Part shown: positions 55,376 through 64,000 of the stretch, in pieces | Position numbering within the stretch: position 1 is the first letter of the stretch | How the letters are laid out: each line of letters begins with the position of its first letter | Assembly (NCBI GenBank): GCA_964220215.1 | Contig: CAXPTH010000012.1 | Span: forward strand, 31,170 to 95,169 | Source: Alteromonas sp. | Lineage (GTDB): Bacteria > Margulisbacteria > Marinamargulisbacteria > UBA6595 | Direction of reading: 5' to 3' | Length of the DNA: 64,000 nt | Notes under the pieces: model-generated | The model's database searches: none | Told to the model about the DNA's origin: nothing | The model's input: the letters and a program-made list of their open reading frames with translations, nothing else | Program-made: the position numbers and the translations under genes

Positions 55376-55816
55376 ATGAACACATGTGTATTACTGGCAA
55401 TCGGCATTGGCATTCAAGTGCTGGGGTTACTCTTTATGCGTCGATGGCCAAAATTAACGAATCGAACACTCTTACCCATTGGCTTTTCGATCATTGTTAT
55501 TGCAATCGCATCGGTGATTATACCCAATATTCCAAACCACTATCGCTTTATGGCCTCTGGGCTAGTCGCCGCTGGATTTTCCTACATGGGCACGGCCCCA
55601 TTCAATCGCCATTACACTGTCTTGCAAAGCGTTTTTTTAGTCTTATTCGGATTTAACGCTATTGCATCCCCACTGATTCGCCAGATATTGCCCCAAGGGG
55701 TTGTGGGTATGACCCTGTATATTGGTATAATAATAAGCGTATTGATTTGTGAGTTTTATCTCTTTATTATTGCCAGCGAATTAATAATCAAAAGGATTAA
55801 CAATGACACTACATGA
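55376..55816 (+). CDS. hypothetical membrane protein
   Basis: About five hydrophobic segments; TTGATG-17-TACTCT ends 6 nt before the ATG. Confidence 0.65.
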   Translation: MNTCVLLAIGIGIQVLGLLFMRRWPKLTNRTLLPIGFSIIVIAIASVIIPNIPNHYRFMASGLVAAGFSYMGTAPFNRHYTVLQSVFLVLFGFNAIASPLIRQILPQGVVGMTLYIGIIISVLICEFYLFIIASELIIKRINNDTT

Positions 55817-56219
55817 TATTTTTAATGAACAAGTTGAGCTTAACAAAAAAGTAATCCCTACCTTGTATGAGGATATCCGCAACGACCCTGAGCTTCGAAA
55901 AATGTGGTTTCTACGGTTTGAGCGTGCCTTGCGCCAAGAATCGGCGGAAGCTGTCGACAGTTTGAGCTGGAAGTGGTGGAAAAAAGGCGAGGATAATTGG
56001 GACAACGTTAAAGTTGAATTAATTGATATGCTTCACTTTTGGGTGTCTATGTGTACAATTGTGGGTCTTGATGCCCACGATGTGATTGACTTGTATACGA
56101 AAAAAAACAAACTCAATCACCACCGCCAAAACAATGGGTATCGCGACGGCACCTACAATAAATACGAGGGGGGCGTCGAAGATAACGAGCGATTTGTCAC
56201 CCATGGCAGCCTATCATGA
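55803..56219 (+). CDS. dimeric (all-alpha) dUTPase
   Basis: [35 protein letters not shown]...EDN. Confidence 0.88.
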   Translation: MTLHDIFNEQVELNKKVIPTLYEDIRNDPELRKMWFLRFERALRQESAEAVDSLSWKWWKKGEDNWDNVKVELIDMLHFWVSMCTIVGLDAHDVIDLYTKKNKLNHHRQNNGYRDGTYNKYEGGVEDNERFVTHGSLS

Positions 56220-58303
56220 CAACCCGTTTAGATGGAAAAGCAACCGCTGAAGCCATTGTTCATGAACTGGAAACTCAGTTAGCCCAACACAGCGGACGAG
56301 CCCCGGGCCTTGCGGTTGTGTTAGTGGGCAACAACCCCGCATCCCACGCCTATGTCAAAACAAAAAAAACGATGTGTGCCCGAGTGGGCATTCAGTCATT
56401 TGACTACCAATTACCTGACACGGTCTCTCAGTCTGAGTTGGAGGCCTTGATTCATGAGCTCAATGGCAACGACCACGTGGATGGTATTTTAGTCCAACTC
56501 CCCTTACCGGATCATATTGACGAAGCCATGGTAATTAACACCATTAGCCCAACCAAAGATGTGGATGGGTTTCATCCCTATAACGTGGGGCAGTTGCTCA
56601 TTGGCACACCGGCTTTTCGCCCCTGCACACCCTATGGGGTCATCAAGCTTTTAGAACACTACGGCATTGAAACCACTGGTAAGCATGCCGTGGTGGTGGG
56701 CCGCAGCAACATTGTGGGCAAACCCATGGCTGCTTTATTGGTGCAATCCAGTGCCTACGGCAATTGCACGGTTACAATCGCCCATTCCAAAACCCAGGAT
56801 TTGCCCGCCCTTGTGCGTCAGGCAGATATTGTTGTGGCAGCAATTGGCAAGGCCCATTTTATTACCGCAGACATGGTTAAGCCAGGCGCTGTGGTGATTG
56901 ATGTGGGCATAAACTCAATCCCCGATGCCAATACCCCTAAAGGATACCGCTTGGTTGGCGATGTGGACACGGATGCAGTTGCGCCGATTGCCTCGGCCAT
57001 TACACCGGTTCCGGGTGGCGTGGGCCCGATGACGGTGGCCATGTTGATGCACAACACCATAGATGCCTTTAAGCAACGGGAATCCACCAGCCGCTCGGCC
57101 GTTTTGGAGCAAGCCTGTGCCCGATTCAAACCGATTGTATCCAAGCAATTGGATCGGGTTGAGACCTTGCTAAAGACATCCGCCGCCGTGGATTACAGCG
57201 CCCAAAAAACCATCACGATTGGCGTGTGTTACGGCGATGGCATTGGCCCTGAAATTTGTCAGCAAGCGCAGCGATTTTTAGAGCATAGTCTCCGTTCAGC
57301 GGTGCAAAGCGGACGGATTCAATTTTCAATTATTGATGGTTTAACCATTGAAAACCGTGCGGCGCACAAACAAGCCATTCCCGATTCTGTTTTGGCGCAG
57401 CTCAAAGCCTGCGATGTTATCCTCAAAGGGCCAACAACAACACCCCAAAAAGGCGACCAGTGGCCCAATATTGAAAGTGCCAACGTGGCCATGCGCCGAG
57501 AATTGGATTTATATGCCTGCGTGCGTCCAATTCGGGTGCCCAGTTTGGGCATTGATTGGGTCTTGTATCGGGAAAATACCGAAGGGTCCTACATGCTCGG
57601 CTCGCATGGCTTTCACGTTGACCCAACCGTGGGCATTGACTTCACGGTAACCACACGCCCAGGCTCTGAGCGACTCATTCGAGCGGCTTTTGAGCATGCG
57701 AAAACCAATGGGCGGTCTCGCGTCACCATTGTGACCAAATCCAATATTGTAAAAACAACCGATGGGCTATTTTCAGCCATCGCAAAAGAGATCGCGGCGG
57801 AGTATCCAGGCATTCAGTGCGATGAATGGTACATTGATATTATGACAGCCAATCTCATTAACCCTGCGACTCAATCCAAGTTTGAAGTATTGGCGATGCC
57901 CAATTTGTATGGGGATATTTTGAGTGATGAAGCGGCACAAATTCAAGGCGGTGTTGGAACAGCTGGGAGTGCCAATATTGGGGATCGATGGGCGATGTTT
58001 GAAGCGGTTCATGGCAGTGCCCCACGGATGATTGAAGAAAACCGGGCCCAGTATGCTGACCCATCTTCAATGATTAAAGCGGCGCAATTGTTGTTATCCC
58101 ACATTGGATACCCCAAAGAGGCCAAGCAATTGGAACAAGCGATGACGGTTTGTTCATTGGAAAAGGCTTTAAACTTGACGGGTCACGCCGATGGCTGTAC
58201 CGGTGCCCAATGGGCGGATTACATCATGGAAACCTACGATGACCCCCAATTACCCACACGGTATGACACGTGTTTACGCGCACTAACCCCATCGCATTCG
58301 TGA
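56216..58303 (+). CDS. folD: FolD fused to an isocitrate/isopropylmalate-family dehydrogenase
   Basis: aa 1-~288 FolD ([38 protein letters not shown]); remainder [49 protein letters not shown]. Confidence 0.9.
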   Translation: MTTRLDGKATAEAIVHELETQLAQHSGRAPGLAVVLVGNNPASHAYVKTKKTMCARVGIQSFDYQLPDTVSQSELEALIHELNGNDHVDGILVQLPLPDHIDEAMVINTISPTKDVDGFHPYNVGQLLIGTPAFRPCTPYGVIKLLEHYGIETTGKHAVVVGRSNIVGKPMAALLVQSSAYGNCTVTIAHSKTQDLPALVRQADIVVAAIGKAHFITADMVKPGAVVIDVGINSIPDANTPKGYRLVGDVDTDAVAPIASAITPVPGGVGPMTVAMLMHNTIDAFKQRESTSRSAVLEQACARFKPIVSKQLDRVETLLKTSAAVDYSAQKTITIGVCYGDGIGPEICQQAQRFLEHSLRSAVQSGRIQFSIIDGLTIENRAAHKQAIPDSVLAQLKACDVILKGPTTTPQKGDQWPNIESANVAMRRELDLYACVRPIRVPSLGIDWVLYRENTEGSYMLGSHGFHVDPTVGIDFTVTTRPGSERLIRAAFEHAKTNGRSRVTIVTKSNIVKTTDGLFSAIAKEIAAEYPGIQCDEWYIDIMTANLINPATQSKFEVLAMPNLYGDILSDEAAQIQGGVGTAGSANIGDRWAMFEAVHGSAPRMIEENRAQYADPSSMIKAAQLLLSHIGYPKEAKQLEQAMTVCSLEKALNLTGHADGCTGAQWADYIMETYDDPQLPTRYDTCLRALTPSHS

Positions 58304-59163
58304 AGCAATTTATTACCGATAGTCTGGATATCATCAAATTGCGCATTAGCCTAATGCAAGTCATTACGGTGGTGTGGGGGTATTGGTTGGCGCATCCCAA
58401 CCCAACGTGGACCATCACGGTTACTTGGCTCAGCCTGGGCACCTTTGTGGTATCTGCGGGTGTGGGCATGTTGAATCATTATTTAGAACGTCAAACGGAT
58501 CAGCACATGGTGCGAACCCAAAACCGACCCTTGCCCGGTGGGCGATTTAACCCGACATGGGTTTTTATATTGGGCCTATGCGTCACCATGGTGGGTGTGG
58601 GTATTTTATTTCGCAATGTGAACGGCGTGGCGGGGTTTATATCCATGATCACGGCTGGGCTGTATCTATTGGTGTATACCCCGTTGAAGCGTGTTTCTTG
58701 GTTAAATACATTGGTGGGAGCCTTCCCCGGGGGATTGCCACCGGTGGGTGGTTGGGCAACCGGTGCGTTAACGGCTGGGGTGTATCCCTTGGGGTTGGGA
58801 GCTTGGCTGGTGCTGGCCATTTTTATTGCGTGGCAACATCCGCATTTTTATGCGATTGGGTATTTGTATAAAGATGATTATAAACGGGCGGGCATTCATA
58901 TCTTGCCCAATAGCGATGCGACGGGTAGCCGCATGCGTCGGCATATGTTTATCAGCGTTGGGGTGTTGACCCTTGCGACAGTATGGCTGTATCGCCTGGA
59001 TGTGTTATCGATTGTGGGGCTCAGCATTGGGTTGGTCCTCAGTGCCTATTACCTCAAACAATCCCTGGATATGGTTCGCACACTAACCAACACCACAGCC
59101 AAAGCCTTGCTCAAGGGCTCCATCCTGTACCTGGTGCTGTTTATGTTGGGGTCGGTGTTATAG
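58300..59163 (+). CDS. ctaB: protoheme IX farnesyltransferase (heme O synthase)
   Basis: N..ER..D..M.RT.NRPLP.GR, YTPLKR, WQ.PHF, DY..AG. GTG 58300 overlaps the upstream TGA. Confidence 0.92.
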   Translation: MKQFITDSLDIIKLRISLMQVITVVWGYWLAHPNPTWTITVTWLSLGTFVVSAGVGMLNHYLERQTDQHMVRTQNRPLPGGRFNPTWVFILGLCVTMVGVGILFRNVNGVAGFISMITAGLYLLVYTPLKRVSWLNTLVGAFPGGLPPVGGWATGALTAGVYPLGLGAWLVLAIFIAWQHPHFYAIGYLYKDDYKRAGIHILPNSDATGSRMRRHMFISVGVLTLATVWLYRLDVLSIVGLSIGLVLSAYYLKQSLDMVRTLTNTTAKALLKGSILYLVLFMLGSVL

Positions 59164-59169
59164 ACGCCT

Positions 59170-59210
59170 AAAAAAAAGGGAACACGCCGTAGCTGTTCCC
59201 TTTTCATTTT
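59170..59210. terminator. bidirectional intrinsic terminator (ctaB on +, tracrRNA on -)
   Basis: A8-GGGAACA...TGTTCCC-TTTTCATTTT. Confidence 0.85.
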
Positions 59211-59275
59211 GGCCATTGTTTTTCAACAATGCCGTGTTACTGGTTGGTCACTAATTTTCCCGAAAAGTGTCCTGA
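59170..59275 (-). ncRNA. tracrRNA
   Basis: 59240-59261 matches 22 nt of the crRNA-sense repeat exactly, plus GTT after one extra base. The minus-strand RNA reads anti-repeat, GAAA-loop hairpin, terminator. 5' end approximate. Confidence 0.92.
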
Positions 59276-59302
59276 GTATGATATTATCATATTTACAGTA
59301 TT

Positions 59303-62300
59303 ATGACGAATCAATCACCCCACACAAACTACCGCTTAGCACTTGATTTGGGTACAAACTCAATTGGATGGGCCGTTTTGTCCTTAGACAGCCAAAATCA
59401 ACCAACGAGCATTATTGATGGCAACAGCTTTATTTTCAATAACTCTCGAGACCCGCAATCCAAGGAGTCTCTGGCCAAAGCCCGTCGCGATGCTCGACAG
59501 GCTCGCCGTCAACGGGATCGGCGACTCAAGCGAAAAAAACAAATTATCCGCTTTTTAAGTGAAAACAACCTATTTCCTAAAGAAAAAGCCGACCAAAAAA
59601 ATTTGGAGAAACTGGACCCCTATAAACTTCGATTTGAAGCACTCAGCCGCCCCCTAGATCCGTTTGAATTGGGGCGAGTTTTATTTGCATTGGGCCAACG
59701 ACGTGGCTACAAGTCCAGTCGCAAAGATGGTCAAAAAACCGATGACGGGAAGCTCCTTAAAACACTGAATGCGTTTGAGACTACCTTTGAAGAATCCGGC
59801 TACCAAACCCTCGGGGAGTATCTGTGGAAAGAAAAACAAACCCAACTCGACGGCGATTTAAGCAACAACATCCAACGCGTATACGGTGTGCGGTCCCGAG
59901 CCGAGGCGGACCCATTCCCATATCGGGATTTGTATGAACAGGAATTTGACTGCATTCGCACCCATCAAGAACCCCACCACGCACTATCCACCGACGATTG
60001 GGAAAAAATTCGAGATATTATCTATTTTCAACGACCCTTAAAACCGGTTGAGCGGGGCTACTGCTCTATTTATTTTAATGACAAAAAACCCCGCGCTGAC
60101 CGATACCTACCCGCTGCAGAAACGTTTATCGCATGGCAAACCGTTCATAACTTACGCATTATTACCCCTAATTTTGAAAAAAAAACCTTAACCCTTGATC
60201 AAAAAAGCATAATTATCTCAAAATTAAGCGAGCAAAAAAAACTAGCCTTTAAAAAAATCAAATCGTTGTTAAACTTGGATGACGCTTGTCACTTTAACCT
60301 AGAATCAACCACCAAACAACTCACGGGCATGCCCACCCATATCGAATTCAAAAAATTAATTGACGCATGGGATTCATTCTCAGAAAGAAAAAAAAATGAG
60401 ATTGTGTCTGGGGTATTCACAAGCGAAAATCAATCTGAAATTATTCAAAAAGCGACTACCAACTGGGGCTTGTCCGAAGCAACCGCACAGGCGCTCGCCA
60501 ATCTAGATGTATCAAAATTTGCCACTGGAACCCTTCACTTTTGTACGGATGCACTCGAACAACTCAATACCCTAATGAAAAAAAATATGGACGCTTATGA
60601 GGCCAAGCAAGAACTTCAAAAAACGATTGCCCAACCAACCCATACGACTATGGCCACACTCCCATATTACGGCTATGTTATCCCAGAGGCACTAACCAAT
60701 AGTGGAAAACACCGAACAGCCTCAGCCGAAAAAGAAACCGGCATCATTGGCAACCCCACGGTTCACGTGGGGCTGAATAATATTCGGGCCGTTGTTAATG
60801 CTGTTATTGCCCGAATGGGCCATCCCCCCACTGCCATTCATTTAGAAATTGCACGCGATTTGAAGCTGAGTGCTACAAAAAAGAGCGCACTAGAAAAGTA
60901 TCAAAAAGAAAATAAAAAAACGAATGAACGCATTGCAGCGGCACTAGCCGAATTAAACCAAGCCAACACCTATACCAATCGATTAAAATACAAATTATGG
61001 GAAGAGCTGGGAGAGCCCAAATTGTGTGTGTATACCGGGAAACCCATTAGCGCAGCTCAATTGTATGGGGATGACGTTGACATTGAGCATATTTTGCCAC
61101 TGACACGCACCCACGATGATAGCCCTGCGAATAAAACATTATCATTTCGATCTGCCAATAAAGAAAAGGGCAATAAATCCCCTTTTGAAGCCTTTGGGCA
61201 TACCCTCGAATTTGAATCTATATTGCATCGCGCACAATCACTACCGAAACACAAACATTGGCGATTTAGCGAAGCAGCCATGGATCGGTTCAACGATCAG
61301 TTTGCTTTTTTAGATCGCCAGCTACACGATACCCAATACCTCTCCAAAGTGGCCAAACAATACTTGCACGCTATTTGTGACACAGTATCTGTAGTCACTG
61401 GCCAACTCACCGCAAAATTGCGCCATGACTGGGGACTTAAAAAAGATCGAGACAACCATCACCATCACTTTGTTGATGCGGTTGTTATTGGGCTGACCGA
61501 CGCATCTACCGTTCAAAAAGCCAATGTCTATAGTAAATACGATCGATTAGAAGCCATTCAATTTCCATGCCCACTTGATAAATCTGCGTTGCATAAACAA
61601 CTCGAAGCCATCACCAGCACCCGTATTGTGTATCACAAAAAAACCATCCGTAACAACGGACAACTCCACGAAGCCACCAACTATGGCTATATTCCTGAAG
61701 ATAAACGAAACCCATCAGACAAAAAATTCAATCTTGTCTATAGAAAAGCATTCGTTGATTTGACTAAAAAGGAAATTGCCCAAATTCGGGACATCAGCAT
61801 CCGCAACACCTTAATGGAACGGACCCAGGGGCTCGCAGACAACTCCAAAGAATGGAAATCCGTGTTGGACCGCTATAGTCAAGAAACCGGCATTAAGCAG
61901 ATTCGACTCCTCAAAACAGACAACCCCATCATCCCCATTCGGCACAACGGCCATACCAAGTGGGTCGTGCCGGGTAGCAGCAATCATCACATGAAGGTGT
62001 GGCAGTTGCCCAACGGAAAAGTCTCCGGGGTTATTGTTCGATTGTTGGATATTAACACCCCCAACTATGGCACGCAATCATTTCGTCCCAAAGACAAAGC
62101 CGGTCGTGAAATACCCACCGCAAAATACCTTGGTAAACTACACAAGGGAGACATGATTTCACTCATTCACAAAGGTACGCGCTGCACAGGCGTCATTAAA
62201 GGACTACGTCAAGATGGCCAAATTGTATTTAAGCCCCACAATGACGGTGGGGACAAGTCAAATGAAACCATTTCTATTTCCAAATGGATTACGGCCGAAA

Positions 62301-62353
62301 TTACCGTTCTTCAGTTAACCGTTTTGGGGGATGCTCGCCACACGCACTCATGA
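59303..62353 (+). CDS. cas9: type II-C CRISPR endonuclease Cas9 (1016 aa)
   Basis: RuvC-I LALDLGTNSIGW, Arg-rich bridge helix, RuvC-II IHLEIARD, HNH DIEHILP...DDSPANK...N..KGN, RuvC-III HHHFVDA. Confidence 0.97.
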   Translation: MTNQSPHTNYRLALDLGTNSIGWAVLSLDSQNQPTSIIDGNSFIFNNSRDPQSKESLAKARRDARQARRQRDRRLKRKKQIIRFLSENNLFPKEKADQKNLEKLDPYKLRFEALSRPLDPFELGRVLFALGQRRGYKSSRKDGQKTDDGKLLKTLNAFETTFEESGYQTLGEYLWKEKQTQLDGDLSNNIQRVYGVRSRAEADPFPYRDLYEQEFDCIRTHQEPHHALSTDDWEKIRDIIYFQRPLKPVERGYCSIYFNDKKPRADRYLPAAETFIAWQTVHNLRIITPNFEKKTLTLDQKSIIISKLSEQKKLAFKKIKSLLNLDDACHFNLESTTKQLTGMPTHIEFKKLIDAWDSFSERKKNEIVSGVFTSENQSEIIQKATTNWGLSEATAQALANLDVSKFATGTLHFCTDALEQLNTLMKKNMDAYEAKQELQKTIAQPTHTTMATLPYYGYVIPEALTNSGKHRTASAEKETGIIGNPTVHVGLNNIRAVVNAVIARMGHPPTAIHLEIARDLKLSATKKSALEKYQKENKKTNERIAAALAELNQANTYTNRLKYKLWEELGEPKLCVYTGKPISAAQLYGDDVDIEHILPLTRTHDDSPANKTLSFRSANKEKGNKSPFEAFGHTLEFESILHRAQSLPKHKHWRFSEAAMDRFNDQFAFLDRQLHDTQYLSKVAKQYLHAICDTVSVVTGQLTAKLRHDWGLKKDRDNHHHHFVDAVVIGLTDASTVQKANVYSKYDRLEAIQFPCPLDKSALHKQLEAITSTRIVYHKKTIRNNGQLHEATNYGYIPEDKRNPSDKKFNLVYRKAFVDLTKKEIAQIRDISIRNTLMERTQGLADNSKEWKSVLDRYSQETGIKQIRLLKTDNPIIPIRHNGHTKWVVPGSSNHHMKVWQLPNGKVSGVIVRLLDINTPNYGTQSFRPKDKAGREIPTAKYLGKLHKGDMISLIHKGTRCTGVIKGLRQDGQIVFKPHNDGGDKSNETISISKWITAEITVLQLTVLGDARHTHS

Positions 62354-63243
62354 TTGGGCGAATCATTGAGGTTCAAAACAGTCATTATTTATCTGTCAAA
62401 AATGGTTTTTTAGTCGTCACCGATGCTGACACCTGCGTGGGCAAGGTTCCTCTGGATGACATTGCCGCCTTAATTTTAAGTGGCCCCAATACAACACTAT
62501 CGGTTCATTTAATCAATCGATTGCATGATCACCATGCCATCATTGTTCTGACAGATGCGCAGTACCTGCCAGCCAATATTATTTGGCCCATCAACCACTT
62601 TCATCAAATTGGCGCACGACTGAAGTGCCAACTAGCGCTTCCAATCGTTTTAAAAAAACAATTATGGAAACAAATTGTGTATGAAAAGTTACTCCGTCAA
62701 AAACAAATTCTAGATACCTTATATTCAAAAACCATGGACTTTCAGACGATTATTAATAATTTGAGATCTGGCGACAGCACCAACCAAGAAGCCGTCGGAG
62801 CTAAAAAATATTGGCCACTGTTGTTTGGCCCTGATTTTAGGCGATCCGATGCAACCAACCCGATTAACCACCGATTGAATTACGGCTACACTGTTTTGCG
62901 ATCACTAATCGCACGATCGGTGGCTGCCTCTGGCTTAAACCCAGCGTTGGGCATCCACCATAAAAATGAAACCAATGCGTTTTGCTTGGTAGATGATTTA
63001 ATGGAACCCTACAGGCCATTTATTGATTATTATGTCTATAGAACTGACAATACGATCGGAACACTAACCCCCACACTAAAAAAACACATGGTGGATTATA
63101 TCTACACCAATTTTCAATGTGCCAACCAGTTCAGCCCCTTACCCAATTGTATTCATAAGACTATTTTTAGCTATGTAAACAGTTTAGAATCCAAGCAAGT
63201 TGAGCTCGTCTTCCCCAGTCTTACTATCTGTGACGATTCATGA
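62350..63243 (+). CDS. cas1: type II CRISPR integrase Cas1 (297 aa)
   Basis: VPLDDI, SGD..N.EA, LNYGYTVLR, LGIHH.N..NAFCLVDDLMEPYRP. Start ATG 62350 overlaps the cas9 stop (ATGA). Confidence 0.95.
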   Translation: MIGRIIEVQNSHYLSVKNGFLVVTDADTCVGKVPLDDIAALILSGPNTTLSVHLINRLHDHHAIIVLTDAQYLPANIIWPINHFHQIGARLKCQLALPIVLKKQLWKQIVYEKLLRQKQILDTLYSKTMDFQTIINNLRSGDSTNQEAVGAKKYWPLLFGPDFRRSDATNPINHRLNYGYTVLRSLIARSVAASGLNPALGIHHKNETNAFCLVDDLMEPYRPFIDYYVYRTDNTIGTLTPTLKKHMVDYIYTNFQCANQFSPLPNCIHKTIFSYVNSLESKQVELVFPSLTICDDS

Positions 63244-63575
63244 CCACCCCATTATCCAGTTATCAGATTATGTGGATGCAAGTTATTTTTGATATTCCAG
63301 TTAAAACAAAACCCGAACGGAAAGCAGCAACCACATTTAGAAAAACCTTGTTAAATTTGGGCTTTCATATGGTTCAATACTCTGTTTATATGAAGTACGT
63401 AACTAATAAGAAAAAACAAGCGATTCTTATTGCTAAAATCAAATCTCATTTGCCAAGTAAAGGGTCTATTTACGTTTTATCTATTACAGATAAACAATAT
63501 GAAAATATTTATGCATTTATTGGAAAAAATAAATCCCCAAGCCCAAAAAACCCAGAACAATTGACATTATTTTGA
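63240..63575 (+). CDS. cas2: CRISPR-associated Cas2
   Basis: MWMQVIFDIPV, FRK.LL..GF.MVQYSVY, ITDKQY, EQLTLF. Confidence 0.95.
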   Translation: MTTPLSSYQIMWMQVIFDIPVKTKPERKAATTFRKTLLNLGFHMVQYSVYMKYVTNKKKQAILIAKIKSHLPSKGSIYVLSITDKQYENIYAFIGKNKSPSPKNPEQLTLF

Positions 63576-63611
63576 AAAAAGCAACCATTCATTACTACGA
63601 TTTTTATGCCT

Positions 63612-63647
63612 AAAAAGTGGGTATAATAGCGGGATCTATTATACCAC
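63612..63647 (-). terminator. hairpin plus U-tract at the leader/first-repeat junction
   Basis: Perfect 10-bp inverted repeat GGTATAATAG (63620-63629) / CTATTATACC (63636-63645), followed on the minus strand by CACUUUUU. Confidence 0.55.
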
Positions 63648-64000
63648 AGGGAAAATTAGTGACCAACCAGAACGTTCTAAATGTAACCATATGTTGTTTG
63701 TTATTATACCACAGGGAAAATTAGTGACCAACCAGAACAGTCTGACGCTTGTGGTTCCTCTAGCGTTATTATACCACAGGGAAAATTAGTGACCAACCAG
63801 AACGGTATATTCAAAATTGTACAATTCACGGTCATTATACCACAGGGAAAATTAGTGACCAACCAGAACTTACAAAAGTTTGCAGGTGATTACTTAACAA
63901 TTATACCACAGGGAAAATTAGTGACCAACCAGAACTATCATATCGCCCATTAAATCTCTAATAATTAATTATACCACAGGGAAAATTAGTGACCAACCAG
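63638..64000 (-). CRISPR. type II-C CRISPR array: at least 6 repeats and 5 spacers, truncated by the window end
   Basis: Identical 36-nt repeat ATTATACCACAGGGAAAATTAGTGACCAACCAGAAC starting at 63638, 63703, 63768, 63834, 63900 and 63968 (last truncated). Spacers are 29, 29, 30, 30 and 32 nt. crRNA sense is GTTCTGGTTGGTCACTAATTTTCCCTGTGGTATAAT. Confidence 0.98.

Noticed and set aside
59236..59261. Orphan or degenerate CRISPR repeat upstream of cas9
   Set aside because: Partial match followed by hairpins and a terminator on the complementary strand; better explained as the tracrRNA anti-repeat.
62284..62349. N-terminal extension of Cas1 in the ORF track
   Set aside because: Lies within cas9; the ATG at 62350 overlapping the cas9 stop gives the family-typical MIGRI start.
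63804..63833. Self-targeting by spacer 3 (TTGTACAATTC also near 21414-21424)
   Set aside because: Only 11 nt of AT-rich identity, expected by chance; no full-length spacer match noticed in the window.

Overview
Chromosomal window from a diderm bacterium (lpxD, skp, TonB/ExbBD and an SLH protein). Several traits suggest a non-photosynthetic relative of Cyanobacteria such as Margulisbacteria, but this is inference only. From left to right: (i) a minus-strand run with a stand-alone 23S-5S rRNA unit that has its own sigma70 promoter and no 16S, a cofG-like radical SAM gene, a stripped flagellar export cluster (FliK-like, FliM-like, ParA, FliN, fliOPQR, flhBA, an 85-aa protein, a short FliA-like sigma) and SulP; (ii) housekeeping genes (gcvH-thyA-folA, dnaA without dnaN or oriC, lpxD, skp, pyrB, ispE, priA, hemH, purA, an ExoI-like nuclease, tRNA-Met, a beta-oxidation operon, grx-bolA-grxD-mutY, ABC-2 transporter, ridA, LOG, exbBD-tonB, holB, rpsU); (iii) a candidate promoter-driven small RNA, a dUTPase, a FolD-isocitrate-dehydrogenase-family fusion and ctaB; (iv) a complete compact type II-C CRISPR-Cas9 locus with a divergent tracrRNA, 1016-aa cas9, cas1, cas2 and an array of 36-nt repeats that runs off the window end. 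All calls come from motif recognition by eye; no database searches were run.
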